This document shows, one piece after another, positions 1 through 10,227 of a DNA stretch of 64,000 nucleotides. The stretch is from Tricharina praecox (taxonomy: Eukaryota): assembly GCF_024521635.1 (NCBI RefSeq), contig NW_026250404.1, positions 186,001 through 250,000 of the forward strand. The letters run 5' to 3'. Within the stretch, counting starts at the first letter, position 1. Each line of letters starts with the position of its first letter. The position numbers were made by a program, and so were the translations under genes. Below the pieces are notes generated by a model. The model ran no database searches. It saw only the letters and a program-made list of their open reading frames with translations, and had not been told where the DNA came from.

Positions 1-313
1 AGTTTTAGCTGGTGATCCGGCACATGGACCTTGCAAGTCGCCATTGGCATTCGGCCCCACATATCCGCTCCGGGTCCACTCTTCCCACCGCCCCCCATAC
101 ACAAAACTTTGGACGTTCCGGTGGAAACGATTAACGTAGGGAAGATGGTTATTCCGGCCTACCTATGTAGAGTACTCATGTATGTACGAGTTGCTATGTT
201 TTCTCGGCGGACTGCGAAACAGGCGGAATCTTGGTACATGACAAACTAGGTAGCTACTTCTGTATAGTCAACGGGGAGTCAAAAATGCGTTGTTCTTCCC
301 GCAGGACACATAT

Positions 314-369
314 TGATATCGTATCAGGGCATAAAAAACACGTATTTTGACCGTACTGATACGATATCA
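314..369. repeat. Perfect 14-bp inverted repeat (hairpin) with a 28-nt loop
   Basis: TGATATCGTATCAG (314-327) and its exact reverse complement CTGATACGATATCA (356-369), in an AT-rich patch. Confidence 0.85.
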
Positions 370-1014
370 CTAGCATTTTCTTAAAAATACATTAAAACTA
401 TGACGACAAGAGTCCTACGGAAGACATGTCGTGGTGAAACTAGGGAGTTTTCAGATGGGCAGGTACAAGACAAAGCAAAGCAAATGGCACGCACACTCGA
501 CGGAAATTGTCACTGTTATGTCAGTGGATCATGAGACTACACTCGGTGAGCGACAGAACTTGGGCTTGGGCCCGAGGTTTGGACTCGGATTCGGGCGACG
601 GAATTCAGCTCGGACTCGGGCTCGGGGGGTCTAGAAAGGCTGTATACGAAAACAAAATGATCTTCTCTCTATCTCTCACAGACCGGAGGTCCGGAGGATC
701 GAAAAGCAGCAACCTGTCCTCGAGTCTCGACGGTCGCAGGCCACACCCACAGGGGAAATCAAAAGAGCATGAGTGGACAAACAATGAATGCCTGAGCGGT
801 GAAGCCGAACGTGTTTTGGAAACACCGTAAATGTCACTCCTTGCAGTCCTCCCGGGCCTTCAACTCGAGCCGATTCCCCTCAATTCCATTCCAGAGTAGA
901 TACTATGGTATCTGATCACCTCGTCGGGCACCCCGACCGCGGATCATAAAACCTCCATCCGCCTCCCCCACCGCTTCAGCTTCCCCATACTAACCAACAG
1001 AAGAAGAAGAAACC

Positions 1015-1695
1015 ATGCTCTGCCCGACCTGCTCCGCGACCTACTGCGGCGAGTGCCACGTGTTGTACACAGGGCCACTGGGGATAATGTGGGTAGGCAA
1101 CGGGGCGCACATGCCGTGGTGCTGCTCCTTCGAGCCGCCCGTGCCGCCGCGGGGACAGGGTCCCCTGCACCGCGAGGAGCAGTGTTTCGAGGCGGCGCGG
1201 GAGCGTGTTAGGGTTTTGAGGGCGGAGATGGAGGTGGGAGGGTGGGGGAAGGATGGGGAGGGGGAGATAAAGTACGTGGAGGAGCTGGTGCCGGTGCAGT
1301 GGGCGAGTAGGCAGACAAGGAGGGAGGTGGAGAAGACAAGGAGGAAGGACAGGAGGAAGTGGGAGAGGGAGAGGATGGAGAGGAGGGAGTGGGGGAGGCT
1401 GAGGAGGGAGTGGGAGAAGATCAGGAGGGAGAGGGAGAAATCGGATAGAGGGGATAGAGTGGGCCCGTGGAATCCACGAGGCCTGTTCACCACGTTATTG
1501 AGGAGTTCTAGCAGCGGGGATTGCTACTCGCGGAGGTATGGCTGCGTTCTGGGACCGTGGGAGATGCTAATGGAGAGGTTTCTGCGGTGGTTTGTGTGGA
1601 GCACCGGGGCGGGGATGTGGGTGGTCGAAGGGTGGAGGTGGAGGAAGGAGCTGTTGGTGTTGACGGGGTTGTCGCAGTTGTTGGTACTTGAGTGA
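1015..1695 (+). CDS. Hypothetical protein with an N-terminal Zn-binding module resembling the C-terminal half of a fungal RBR RING2/IBR domain
   Basis: 226-aa ORF with good start context (aaccATG). CPTC-x4-CGEC...GNGAH-x3-C resembles the C..C...FC..C...GN.AH...C motif. A charged coiled-coil follows. CTAAC...CAG just upstream allows an unseen 5' exon. Confidence 0.5.
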   Translation: MLCPTCSATYCGECHVLYTGPLGIMWVGNGAHMPWCCSFEPPVPPRGQGPLHREEQCFEAARERVRVLRAEMEVGGWGKDGEGEIKYVEELVPVQWASRQTRREVEKTRRKDRRKWERERMERREWGRLRREWEKIRREREKSDRGDRVGPWNPRGLFTTLLRSSSSGDCYSRRYGCVLGPWEMLMERFLRWFVWSTGAGMWVVEGWRWRKELLVLTGLSQLLVLE

Positions 1696-1842
1696 TGAGT
1701 ACGACTATGGCAAGTGAGCCGAACTCATGGTAAAGCGAGAAGAAGATGGTCTCTTCAGGTGAATCCTGTGAGATCCCAATACATTATCCCACTAAATGAT
1801 CAGACTTCATCCCACTAAATCAAAAGGTATATTCGCTTGCCA

Positions 1843-3282
1843 CTACGGCCCCTCTTCAAAAATCTTCCAATGTTTCTTCAACCTCTTACAAAGCCCACTC
1901 CTGTCCTTCCACTCCTCCACCACATCCGCCAGCTCGCATCCGACCTCGACCATCTGCTGCCAGACAACCATCTCTATATCCTCCCCAAACCTCTCGACGG
2001 CCTTGTCCTTAGTGCCCCAAAGCCTCACATGCTTCCCCTTATCCTCCAGATCACCCTCATCGACTAGATGTCCCGCATTCATCTTGGGCGTATTGGCATG
2101 GATGAAAGCGGGCCTGACAGTCTTCCCGGGGGTAAGCTCGTCGCCGGGATGAAACTGCACCATCCCGCTGCCCTTGAAGCTCTTATTCGACTTGAAGTAA
2201 CCCAGCAAGGCCACTGGCGTCTTGACGCGGGCCCACTTCGCGCCCAGCACCACCGCAGCGGACAGAAACGTTTCCTTGTCGCCCTGTCCCAGCGCTCCCT
2301 GGCTGAGCAGCTCGTAGTACCATCCCGGACCCCAAATGTTGTAGTACACCGCCAGCAGCAGCGTCTGCATATGTCTCCTCTTGTCGATCAGCACCTGTCC
2401 CGCCTCGCACCCCGTCGGCGGGAGGTCCTTCGGGAACGCCGGCATGCCAGTGATGTTCCAGAACACGGGGTCCTCCGTCGCCTTCCAGAAGTCGGGCCAG
2501 AGCACGAGTCCCGTGCTGGTGTACGGCTTCTCGGTAAACAGACTTGTCGGATCGAGCAGCGGGATGGAGTCGGAGTCGAGGTAGAGCACGTGTCGGAACG
2601 TGCTAAACAGCATCGCGAGGGATTTCAGCTGGTAGTGAGCGACCTCGGGCGACAGCGGCGGGGAGAGAAACGCGGGGATGAAGACGCAGCGGGCGTTCAG
2701 GGCAGGGAGAACACTCTGGCAGAGCTCGGGCTCGTACTCCTCGCGCTTGCCGAGGAACACCTCTACGCGGAGGGTGCACCCGGTGCGGCGCAGCATGCGC
2801 AGCGAGACAATGGCGGGGCCGAAGTACTCCCCCCCGGCAACGATCACCACGCCCGTGCCGTCGTAGATATCCGTCGCGGTGTTCGACAGCGAGCTGCGCA
2901 TGGAGCGGAGGCTGCGGAGCATGCCGGCGTGCGACGAGCGGAGTGAGGACACATCGTGGTTGGTCAGGAAGAGGTAGGTGCGCGCGGGCTTGCGCGGGTA
3001 CGGCAGGTCGTCGCCGCGGACGTTGGCGGCGGCGGTGCCGCGGAGCTTGAGAGGTGGGATGTGGGGGCGTGCGGCGTGGAGGTGCTCAGACCACACGGCG
3101 AAGAATGTCTTGATGTGTTTTTGCGCGGGGTCGAGGACGGGGTGCTGCGCGGTGGTGCTCGTGGCTGTGTTGGCGGTTTCCGGGAGCGTGAACAGGGATG
3201 TCCAGTTGATGTAGGTTATCGAGAAGAGCACGGTGATGCCGAGCAGCACGGTGATTATGCGGGAGGTACTGAAACGCGGCAT
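1843..3282 (-). CDS. MNN2: Alpha-1,2-mannosyltransferase, GT71 (MNN2/MNN5 family), type II membrane protein
   Basis: Intronless ORF with N-terminal TM anchor. Motifs GVVIVAGG, LRMLRRTGCTLRVEVF, YQLKSLAMLFSTF, LYLDSDS (DxD), LWPDFW, EAGQVLIDK, SQGALGQGDKETF. ATG is at 3282; the ORF-track start at 3285 is GTG. Confidence 0.92.
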   Translation of the reverse strand: MPRFSTSRIITVLLGITVLFSITYINWTSLFTLPETANTATSTTAQHPVLDPAQKHIKTFFAVWSEHLHAARPHIPPLKLRGTAAANVRGDDLPYPRKPARTYLFLTNHDVSSLRSSHAGMLRSLRSMRSSLSNTATDIYDGTGVVIVAGGEYFGPAIVSLRMLRRTGCTLRVEVFLGKREEYEPELCQSVLPALNARCVFIPAFLSPPLSPEVAHYQLKSLAMLFSTFRHVLYLDSDSIPLLDPTSLFTEKPYTSTGLVLWPDFWKATEDPVFWNITGMPAFPKDLPPTGCEAGQVLIDKRRHMQTLLLAVYYNIWGPGWYYELLSQGALGQGDKETFLSAAVVLGAKWARVKTPVALLGYFKSNKSFKGSGMVQFHPGDELTPGKTVRPAFIHANTPKMNAGHLVDEGDLEDKGKHVRLWGTKDKAVERFGEDIEMVVWQQMVEVGCELADVVEEWKDRSGLCKRLKKHWKIFEEGP

Positions 3283-3713
3283 CACGAAGGCGCGTAGATG
3301 GTGCGAGGTTCACGATGGGAGGATTGATGTTCTTTTTGACATAATTGCGGTTGTGCCTGTGCGAGTAATGCAAGATAAGAGGTTCGTGAGGTGGTCACAG
3401 CTCCCTCGCTTCGCTGGCGAGACGTACGCATGTTACGTAAAATGCTTGGCATGGGGTACGACGACCGCAACGGCAATGACGGATACGAGACTAGCTAGCC
3501 ATTGCGGATTCACTGAACAGAGCACTTTGCGATGGGAGAAGAAATTTACAAAGTTTCAGAAATCATCATCATTGTCTCGTTTTCGTTTGATCCTGTTGTG
3601 AGAAACAAGGGCATGTAACACAGTAGCTCATCCACAGACCACAGACCACGCACTAACAACACCATCCGACCATCAAGAGGCCTTCTCTGTTGACAGCGAC
3701 TATAGTACCGTAA

Positions 3714-4628
3714 TCAAGCAGCAGTGAGCGATGCTCCACCTCCACTTGCAGCTCCAGAGCCCTCCTCTCCACCAGCTCCAGGGCCTCCCCTTCCGCCCCT
3801 CCTGAACCCGCCACCACCACCGCGCCGGTTTCCTCTTCCTCCGAATCCCCTCTCCCTCGCACGAACCACATGGGCACCACCCGCATGGACCTGAGCCGTC
3901 GCAATGACGGTTCCGTCCTCGTTCTTGATGGTCCACTTCTCGTCGTCCAGATCAACAGTATATCCCAGCTGCTGCGGGGACAAGACGTTGCACTTGAGGG
4001 TAGGCACGTGGTAGGCCGTGACCATGATGGGCTTGTGGTCGCCGCCCTCCTGGCCGTGGATGCGCAGCGTGGTCTCTCCGTATCCGACCGCCTCGTGCGT
4101 CTGTCCCTTATTCGTGGTGATCGTCTTCTTCTCGGGGTACGCGGCATAGGTCTTGAAGATCTGCTTGGAGGCAGCGAAGTTCGAGGAGCTCTCGGTGCTC
4201 AGGATCCAATCGAAGCGGCGCAGGGAGGTGATGACATCCTCGGGGAAGTCGACGCAGACCTCGGGGTTGGGGGGTCCCGGGGGCTCGGAAGTCGGCGCCC
4301 GTGCGGTACGACCGCCCTCGCGGCGTTCGTGCGCGGAGGCCTCGTGGCGCTCGTGCGACGCTTCCTTGAGGTCGGTCTCGAGCGTGGTCCACAGCTTGAC
4401 GGGGTCCGTGTGCTCGATGTACTTGGCTTGGATGCGGCTGTTCATCTCGAGGAGGATGGTGGCGAGAGCTTGGTCGCGCTTATCCTCCCAGGCCACGGAG
4501 TTGTCGAACTGCGTAGCGCTGGTGCGGCCGTCCACGATAGACCAGAGGCATTGCTGCTGCAGGACGAGCTTCATCTGCACCGCCCACGGGACGTAGTTGG
4601 TTTCACCGAGGCTGATCTTCTGCTGCAT
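3714..4628 (-). CDS. Ty1/copia-derived protein: Gag N-terminal region (DUF4219/UBN2-like), inactive protease beta-barrel, RGG tail; candidate domesticated retrotransposon gene
   Basis: 304-aa intact ORF from aaaATG at 4628. LGETNYVPWAVQMKLVLQQQCLWSIVDG and WEDKRDQALATI...LWTTLE are copia-gag motifs. WILSTESSSNF...AVGYGETTL...YHVPTLKCNVLS matches the copia protease barrel (WxxDSGAS...G.G...l.VP.l..NLlS). C-terminal RGFGGRGNRRGGGGGFRRGGRGG. Confidence 0.8.
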   Translation of the reverse strand: MQQKISLGETNYVPWAVQMKLVLQQQCLWSIVDGRTSATQFDNSVAWEDKRDQALATILLEMNSRIQAKYIEHTDPVKLWTTLETDLKEASHERHEASAHERREGGRTARAPTSEPPGPPNPEVCVDFPEDVITSLRRFDWILSTESSSNFAASKQIFKTYAAYPEKKTITTNKGQTHEAVGYGETTLRIHGQEGGDHKPIMVTAYHVPTLKCNVLSPQQLGYTVDLDDEKWTIKNEDGTVIATAQVHAGGAHVVRARERGFGGRGNRRGGGGGFRRGGRGGPGAGGEEGSGAASGGGASLTAA

Positions 4629-6407
4629 TTTGGGGGTCGTGGGCGGGTGGGACCGTCGGGTTTGCCGGGAAACTGCGAATGTGGGTTCGCGGCTGGCTGG
4701 TTGAGGGATGGCGGGTGACAAGAAGAAGAGAGAGAGATTAATGTTGATAGGGGGAAACCAGTGGGGTATACTAGTTGTTGGGGGGGGGTGCGGGGTGAGC
4801 AGTTGTGTAACCGCCCGCTTCATAGGGCTTAGGTCTTGCGTTGGAGATCACGTCCACACACGGAGGGCAAGGCTGAGGCACCGCACAACTTGCATGTGTC
4901 CAATAGCACCTGCTGTGTGCCAGCCCTGCCATTTATCAGCACAATGCAGCCCCGTCCGGATGCAACAGAGTGCAGAGAAATTGCAGGGAGTTGAACACAG
5001 TCATCCAATCAGACGGCCTCTACCCTCGAGAGCTGCACAGTGGAGAGACGCATCCGGAGATGTTGAGTCGCGATACTCGGAGCATCGCTATCTTCCATCG
5101 ATCACTCGCACATCGACCCCTGCAAATCGACCCCCACACCGAAATCGAATCCGTTTGAGTGGGCAGGAAAGGAGTGAGACGGTTCGCCATAGGTAGTCTA
5201 CATAGGCTGCGTTCGAAATATATTGAAGATCTCTCTCTCTATATCGAATCTGTTTCCCATCTCTAATCAAGTTGCAAAGGCCTTCCTCAGCATGCGGAAA
5301 GAATCCCACCCAAAGCACTTCACACCGACCGACCGAGTGATCTTGAATGATGACCTCCCACGACATTACATCCATCCAACAAGCCATCCGACATGAAAAT
5401 ATCACCCGGACAACTTGAACGTCACATCCTACACACAGAATTTAATGCATACGCCCTTCCCACTCGTACTCATAAGCACATCTGCCGGCCCCCCTCCTCC
5501 TCCTCCTCCTCGCTCTCAGCACAAACCGCACAACATCCGCACAACATCTGCAAATACCCCCAAATAGTTACCCCGATCACTTCCGGAACGCTTACTCACT
5601 CTCTCACCCACTCCCTCACTCAAAGCACAATCACAATCACAATCCCAAGCCCAATCCCAAGCCACCTACCCACCTACCAAGCAAATACCAGTTCACTACC
5701 AACCCCTCTGGCGCTGCCACGTCTGCCTCAAAGTCCGCTACATGATGGAGACTAAAGTATGCAACGATGTACAGTGCCAACAACTCCGCTGCGAGCTGTG
5801 TTGCGCCTACGCCGGCCCTGGGCTGTGCGTGCCGTTGGGATCACGTAGGTAGGTAGGTAGGTAATTACGAGGATACCCAGGAATCATCGGGATGACGCTG
5901 ATGCCGATGGGGGGAAGGAAGGTGGGGGAGGTGAGAGAGGTCTTGTGAAGACGGTGAATTGAGTGGGTTTTGACATTTGTTGGGTGTTTTGCTTTTTGCA
6001 TGTGTGCGTGAAACTACTAGTAAACGGGCGGAACTGGACGGATGTCAGCCCTTGGGGTGGTGACATCCACCAGGTTGAAGCCCCGCGAATCAGATGCCTG
6101 CGGAGATCGGATATATATAGACACGCAGCCGTCTGGTTGGCTGTCAAGAGTCAAGGTCCACCAACTGCATCGTATCGATAGGGCACCGAATCCAGAGAGA
6201 GTGAGAGAGCCAGACTGTCGGAGGCTCTCCAGGCTCCAACATCAGGCTGCGCGTGTAGTGCAGTGCAGTTATGCATGTATCTTTGTAACTGTGTGTACGA
6301 CGATCGTCGTCTGCGCACCTCAGTCCACAGACAAATAGATGACCATCCCCGCGGTCGCCCGTCTACCCACGGTACCGCATCTCTCTCCATCTCGAATCCC
6401 ACGCAGC

Positions 6408-7166
6408 ATGCCCCTCACCACCCTCCCCAACGAGCTCCTCATCCTAATTACCTGTACCTTCCGGGCACGGGACCTGCTGAACCTCACCAGCACCTGCCGC
6501 AACCTCTACCACCGACTGTCCGCGCTGCTCCCTCCCATCGCGCTTACCGACCACCTCCGCGCCACCCCGGCGCTCAAATCCGCCCTCCGGCGATGCTGCG
6601 AGGTAGACAACGCCGAACTCACCCTGCACCTTTTATACCTCTCCCGCGCCCCCCCCGTAAACGCTTGGTTCAGCGACACATTCGGACTCGAGACCGCGCT
6701 GCACGTATCCAGCGCGCACGGCAGCCTTTGTGTCACGCGGTTGCTACTCTTCCTGGGGGCAGACGTGAACGCGCGGGATATTGGACGTATAACGCCGCTG
6801 CACGCGGCTGCGGCGGGGGTCGGGTGTCGCGGTGGTCATCCCGAGGTCGTGAGATTGCTGCTGGATAGTGGTGCGGAGGTACACGCCTTCGCGGCCGGGG
6901 ATGCGTCACCGCTCTTGTTTGCGTGTGTTGGTGGGAACACAGAGGTGGTGAGGGTGCTCGTGAAATATGGCGCGGAGGTGAGGGAGGGGTTGGGTGGGGT
7001 GTGGAGTTGTGGGAGGATTGGGGGCGTGGGCAGGGTAAGGAGGACGGGGAGGAGGGGCGGGATGGATGCGCTGGAGTATGTGCCCTTGAGTTTCTTGGGA
7101 TGGAGGGAGAGGGTGTGGGCGTGGTATTGGGCGGCGTGTAGGAGGGTTGGGGTGTGTAGGAGATAA
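6408..7166 (+). CDS. F-box plus ankyrin-repeat protein
   Basis: LTTLPNELLILI...DLLNLTSTCRNLY (F-box), then TALHVSS...LLLFLGADVN, TPLHAAA...VVRLLLDSGAEV, SPLLFACVGGNTEVVRVLVKYGA (three ankyrin repeats). An alternative in-frame ATG lies at 6339. Confidence 0.85.
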   Translation: MPLTTLPNELLILITCTFRARDLLNLTSTCRNLYHRLSALLPPIALTDHLRATPALKSALRRCCEVDNAELTLHLLYLSRAPPVNAWFSDTFGLETALHVSSAHGSLCVTRLLLFLGADVNARDIGRITPLHAAAAGVGCRGGHPEVVRLLLDSGAEVHAFAAGDASPLLFACVGGNTEVVRVLVKYGAEVREGLGGVWSCGRIGGVGRVRRTGRRGGMDALEYVPLSFLGWRERVWAWYWAACRRVGVCRR

Positions 7167-7352
7167 CGGCGGGGGGTGGAAGGGGGGGGGGGGGGGGGAT
7201 GGAATGCGTGTTGATAGTATCAAAGTAGTACGCTGCCCACAGGCGCAGCCAAAATAATGTCTAATTGATTTCAAACAACAATACAAGCAGCCAAGTAAAT
7301 CCGCAGCATTAACAACCCCCACCATCCCTATTCCCGCTAGTTAACTACCCCG

Positions 7353-7632
7353 CCGTGTTCGACATACTGCAGTCCGGACTGTCTGGTCTGCCAAGCTCTG
7401 TTCCGGTCCGGCCCTTCGGACGTCCGACGGACTGCCGAAAAGCAGTCCGTCTCCGTCCCGCCCATGGATTCCGAGGACTGCAGTCCGTCCCGACCTCAAA
7501 ACCTTTTGGACTACCTAGTCCGTCCAAACACCGCTCCCGGACGGACTGCCGAGAATCGAGATATAGTCCAGTCCAGTCCGATCCGAGCCCTAGGACGGAC
7601 GGACTGGACTGGGCTATGTATGTAGAACACTG
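7353..7632. mobile_element. hAT-type MITE (280 bp) with perfect 8-bp TSD
   Basis: TIRs CCGTGTTCGACATAC / GTATGTAGAACACTG. Identical flanking CTACCCCG at 7345-7352 and 7633-7640. Many internal (C)AGTCC/GGACT subterminal repeats and an 18-bp internal hairpin at 7563-7617. Confidence 0.9.
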
Positions 7633-7899
7633 CTACCCCGTCCCCGATCCCGCCCTCGACCCCCCCTCTGCCCCTTCGCCCACCTCCGTAGGCCCCTGAG
7701 GCCCCGGCGGCCCCGGCGGCGCCCTCCTCCCCGCCAGCCAATGTGTCTTCCCAATGGAGCACCACAGGCCAAAGCCGTAGTAGACACTGCAGCGCGGGCA
7801 GCGGACGTGCGCACATTCCTCGTTCGCACACCGCTGGCGGTTGTTGGTGGTGTGCACTTTCCTGCACTGGTGGCAGCGCCAGAGCGGGCGGGCTGCCAT
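7633..7899 (-). CDS. Small Cys-rich putative zinc-ribbon protein (88 aa)
   Basis: Strong start context (cacaATGg). WRCHQC-x11-C-x4-C-x-H-x2-C-x2-C pattern followed by a G/P-rich tail. Confidence 0.55.
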   Translation of the reverse strand: MAARPLWRCHQCRKVHTTNNRQRCANEECAHVRCPRCSVYYGFGLWCSIGKTHWLAGRRAPPGPPGPQGPTEVGEGAEGGSRAGSGTG

Positions 7900-8511
7900 T
7901 GTGAGTTGATACTTGGTTAGTTAGAACTGTTTTGTTTTGTTAGTGGTGGGTTGATGTTTAATGAGTTAATGAGTTGGTCAATGAGTCAATGGTTAATGAG
8001 GCAATGAGTCGGTGTGTCGCTGATGTGTTTAGTCGGCTTGATGTGCTTGATGAAGGCTTTTCTGTTCTGTTGATTTGGTGTGTGTTGCAGAAGGTGCTGG
8101 ATGAGATTACCAGTGCTCGACGAGGCGGGGATTATATCGCTACTAATCGTAGAATCCCCAGCAGCGGTGCTCACTCTTCAAAGTTGGGTGTTGGTACGGC
8201 GGCTTCAAGTCGAGTGTCCATCATGGTCACTGAAATTGCCTGTAGCGGGACCTCCCAAGCGCAGACGAGAGGTTAGACGAGATTCATTCGCTCGGACGAA
8301 CTCAACCCAACCCACCATAATTCTTCACGCGTCGCGAGAAGTCGAAATAAGCTTAACCAGGCCCTGCAGCGCTTAGAGTAGTTTTCTCCGCTTGCGGCTA
8401 AGCAGTAGTGTGCCCACTCAAGTGGAATTCGATTCAACAACGGCTACGCAAAAGACAGATCCTCCGTGTGCTACTACATATGTGCTATGTGCTATGGTAT
8501 CATATCCTATC

Positions 8512-10227
8512 CTAATAAACCCTCTTCGAGACCCTAACCAAAATGACCCCCTTCGAGTGTCGTCCCTCGTTATCAAACAACCTCACGAGCCTGACGCCCT
8601 CTTGCAGGCGATCGAGTCTGATGCAGGCCCACGCGGCGAGATCGTCTCTTCCCAGCTCCTCGTCATGCACCTTAAAGCGCACAAACGTGAGTTTTTCGAT
8701 GACGCCCTCGACAGCCTTGAACTCGAGGGTAGTGTCCCAGACGCACTCGATGCCGCGCTTCGCCTTAGTCTTTCGCTTGACGTCGGCGGACTTCGCGTTC
8801 TCGTTGGTCGTGTGGACCTCGACTTTGACGTACGGCTCAAAGCTCTTGGCCTTGTCGTCTTCCTCGGGCATGGGCAGGTTCGCGGCCGCGATCACATCGA
8901 TCGTGAGGTCGAGCTTGTGGAAGACCGGTGGTGCATCACCCGGTCGGAAGCCGGGCGGCTTGAGCACGTACCCGCCCTCGCCCGCGAACATGCCTTCGTT
9001 CAGCATCATGCCCTCGTCGCACTTTTGCCAGTTGAGCGCGACCAGCTGCACGCCGCGCTTCCAGAACTCGGTGGGATCTGCGTTGCTCGACGAGAAGCGG
9101 AGGCCGAAGGGGTACACCCTCATGAGATACTTCTTGTTGTGCTCGAAGATGGCCTGGGCGTATGTTTCGTGGTGTTTGGCGAAGACCTTTTCCGAAAAGG
9201 AGTAGACGTGGTTGGCGAGGCGGCTGGTCGGATGTTCCGTGAAAGGTTGGGGATACGTGTTACCAGGGAAGTGGTGGGAGCTGCAGTACGCACCCAGCCG
9301 TGCGAGCGGCCGGATCACTTTGCTCTTTTTCGGCTTCTTCTGTTTGGCCTGGCCGGCCAGGGCTTCGAGTTCGCTGTCCGACGAGTCCGAGGAAGTGTCG
9401 TATCTAGGCTTGCTTGGGGCAGGGTTGGCCGCAGCAACAACTGCTTCTGCTGGTGCTTTCTCGGGAGCAACATATTTCGCCTACTTCCATCAGCCGGAGT
9501 TGCGTGAAGGATCAAAGACACACAAGCGCAAACATACCTTAACGAGGATCTTACCACGCAGAGCGTCAGGACTAGGCAGATTGTTGACATCCTCAGGCTC
9601 AATATCCTTCACCAGACTGTCACCCCAGACTTTGTTCATGATGTCGACCATCTTATTCTGCTGCTGGATACCGGCATGGCACTCCAACGAGATGATGATG
9701 GGTCCCTGCCCAGCCCCTCCGTATCGCTCCGCCTCAACGTCGGAGAACGCATACTCCTTGATAGCCTTGCAGACATCCTTGAACCTGATCTCCTTGGTGA
9801 GGGTGTAGCCATGGAACACCTCCGGCTCACCATCATCGCCATCCCACACATCGATCTCGATGCACCTACCACCACGAACAAGAACATTCTCATACCCCTC
9901 GGTAGTAGAAGCGCCATACAGCTGATGTCCCACTAAGTAGGTATTATGCGACGACGAGATGAAGTACTCATTGAAAGGATGGCTCCAGTCTTTCTTCGCT
10001 GGGTCTGGCAGCGCGAGAATTGAGTTTTCCGGGTGCGCGAGGTACTCGGAGAACTCGTAGAGCGAGCAGTCCGGCCGCAGCTGCAGGCGCGCCAGCTCGC
10101 TCGACGACAGCTTGTCGTGGATCTTCGAGATGCACTTTTGCAGCAGCGGCGAGCTCAGGTCGGCTTTTGTCGCGGGTGCGGAGCCGCCGCCGGCAGCGTC
10201 CGTGGTGGGTGCGACGTCGCGGCCCAT
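8512..10227 (-). CDS. Phosphoinositide-specific phospholipase C (X, Y and C2 domains), 2 exons
   Basis: YFISSSHNTYL, RCIEIDVWDG, VFHGYTLT, IIISLECH (X box). LMRVYPFGLRFSSSN, GVQLVALNWQ, GYVLKP (Y box). C2 domain. Intron 9481-9537 (GTATGT...GCTGAT...TAG) joins the frames to give 552 aa. Confidence 0.95.

Noticed and set aside
2068..2946. Long antisense ORFs over real genes (also 3870-4718, 8392-9507, 24283-25338, 62099-62698)
   Set aside because: Expected shadows of GC3-rich codon usage on the opposite strand; no domain motifs.
4629..4823. 65-aa N-terminal extension of the copia-derived ORF
   Set aside because: It reads like a pyrimidine-rich 5' leader; Gag similarity and the better start context begin at 4628.
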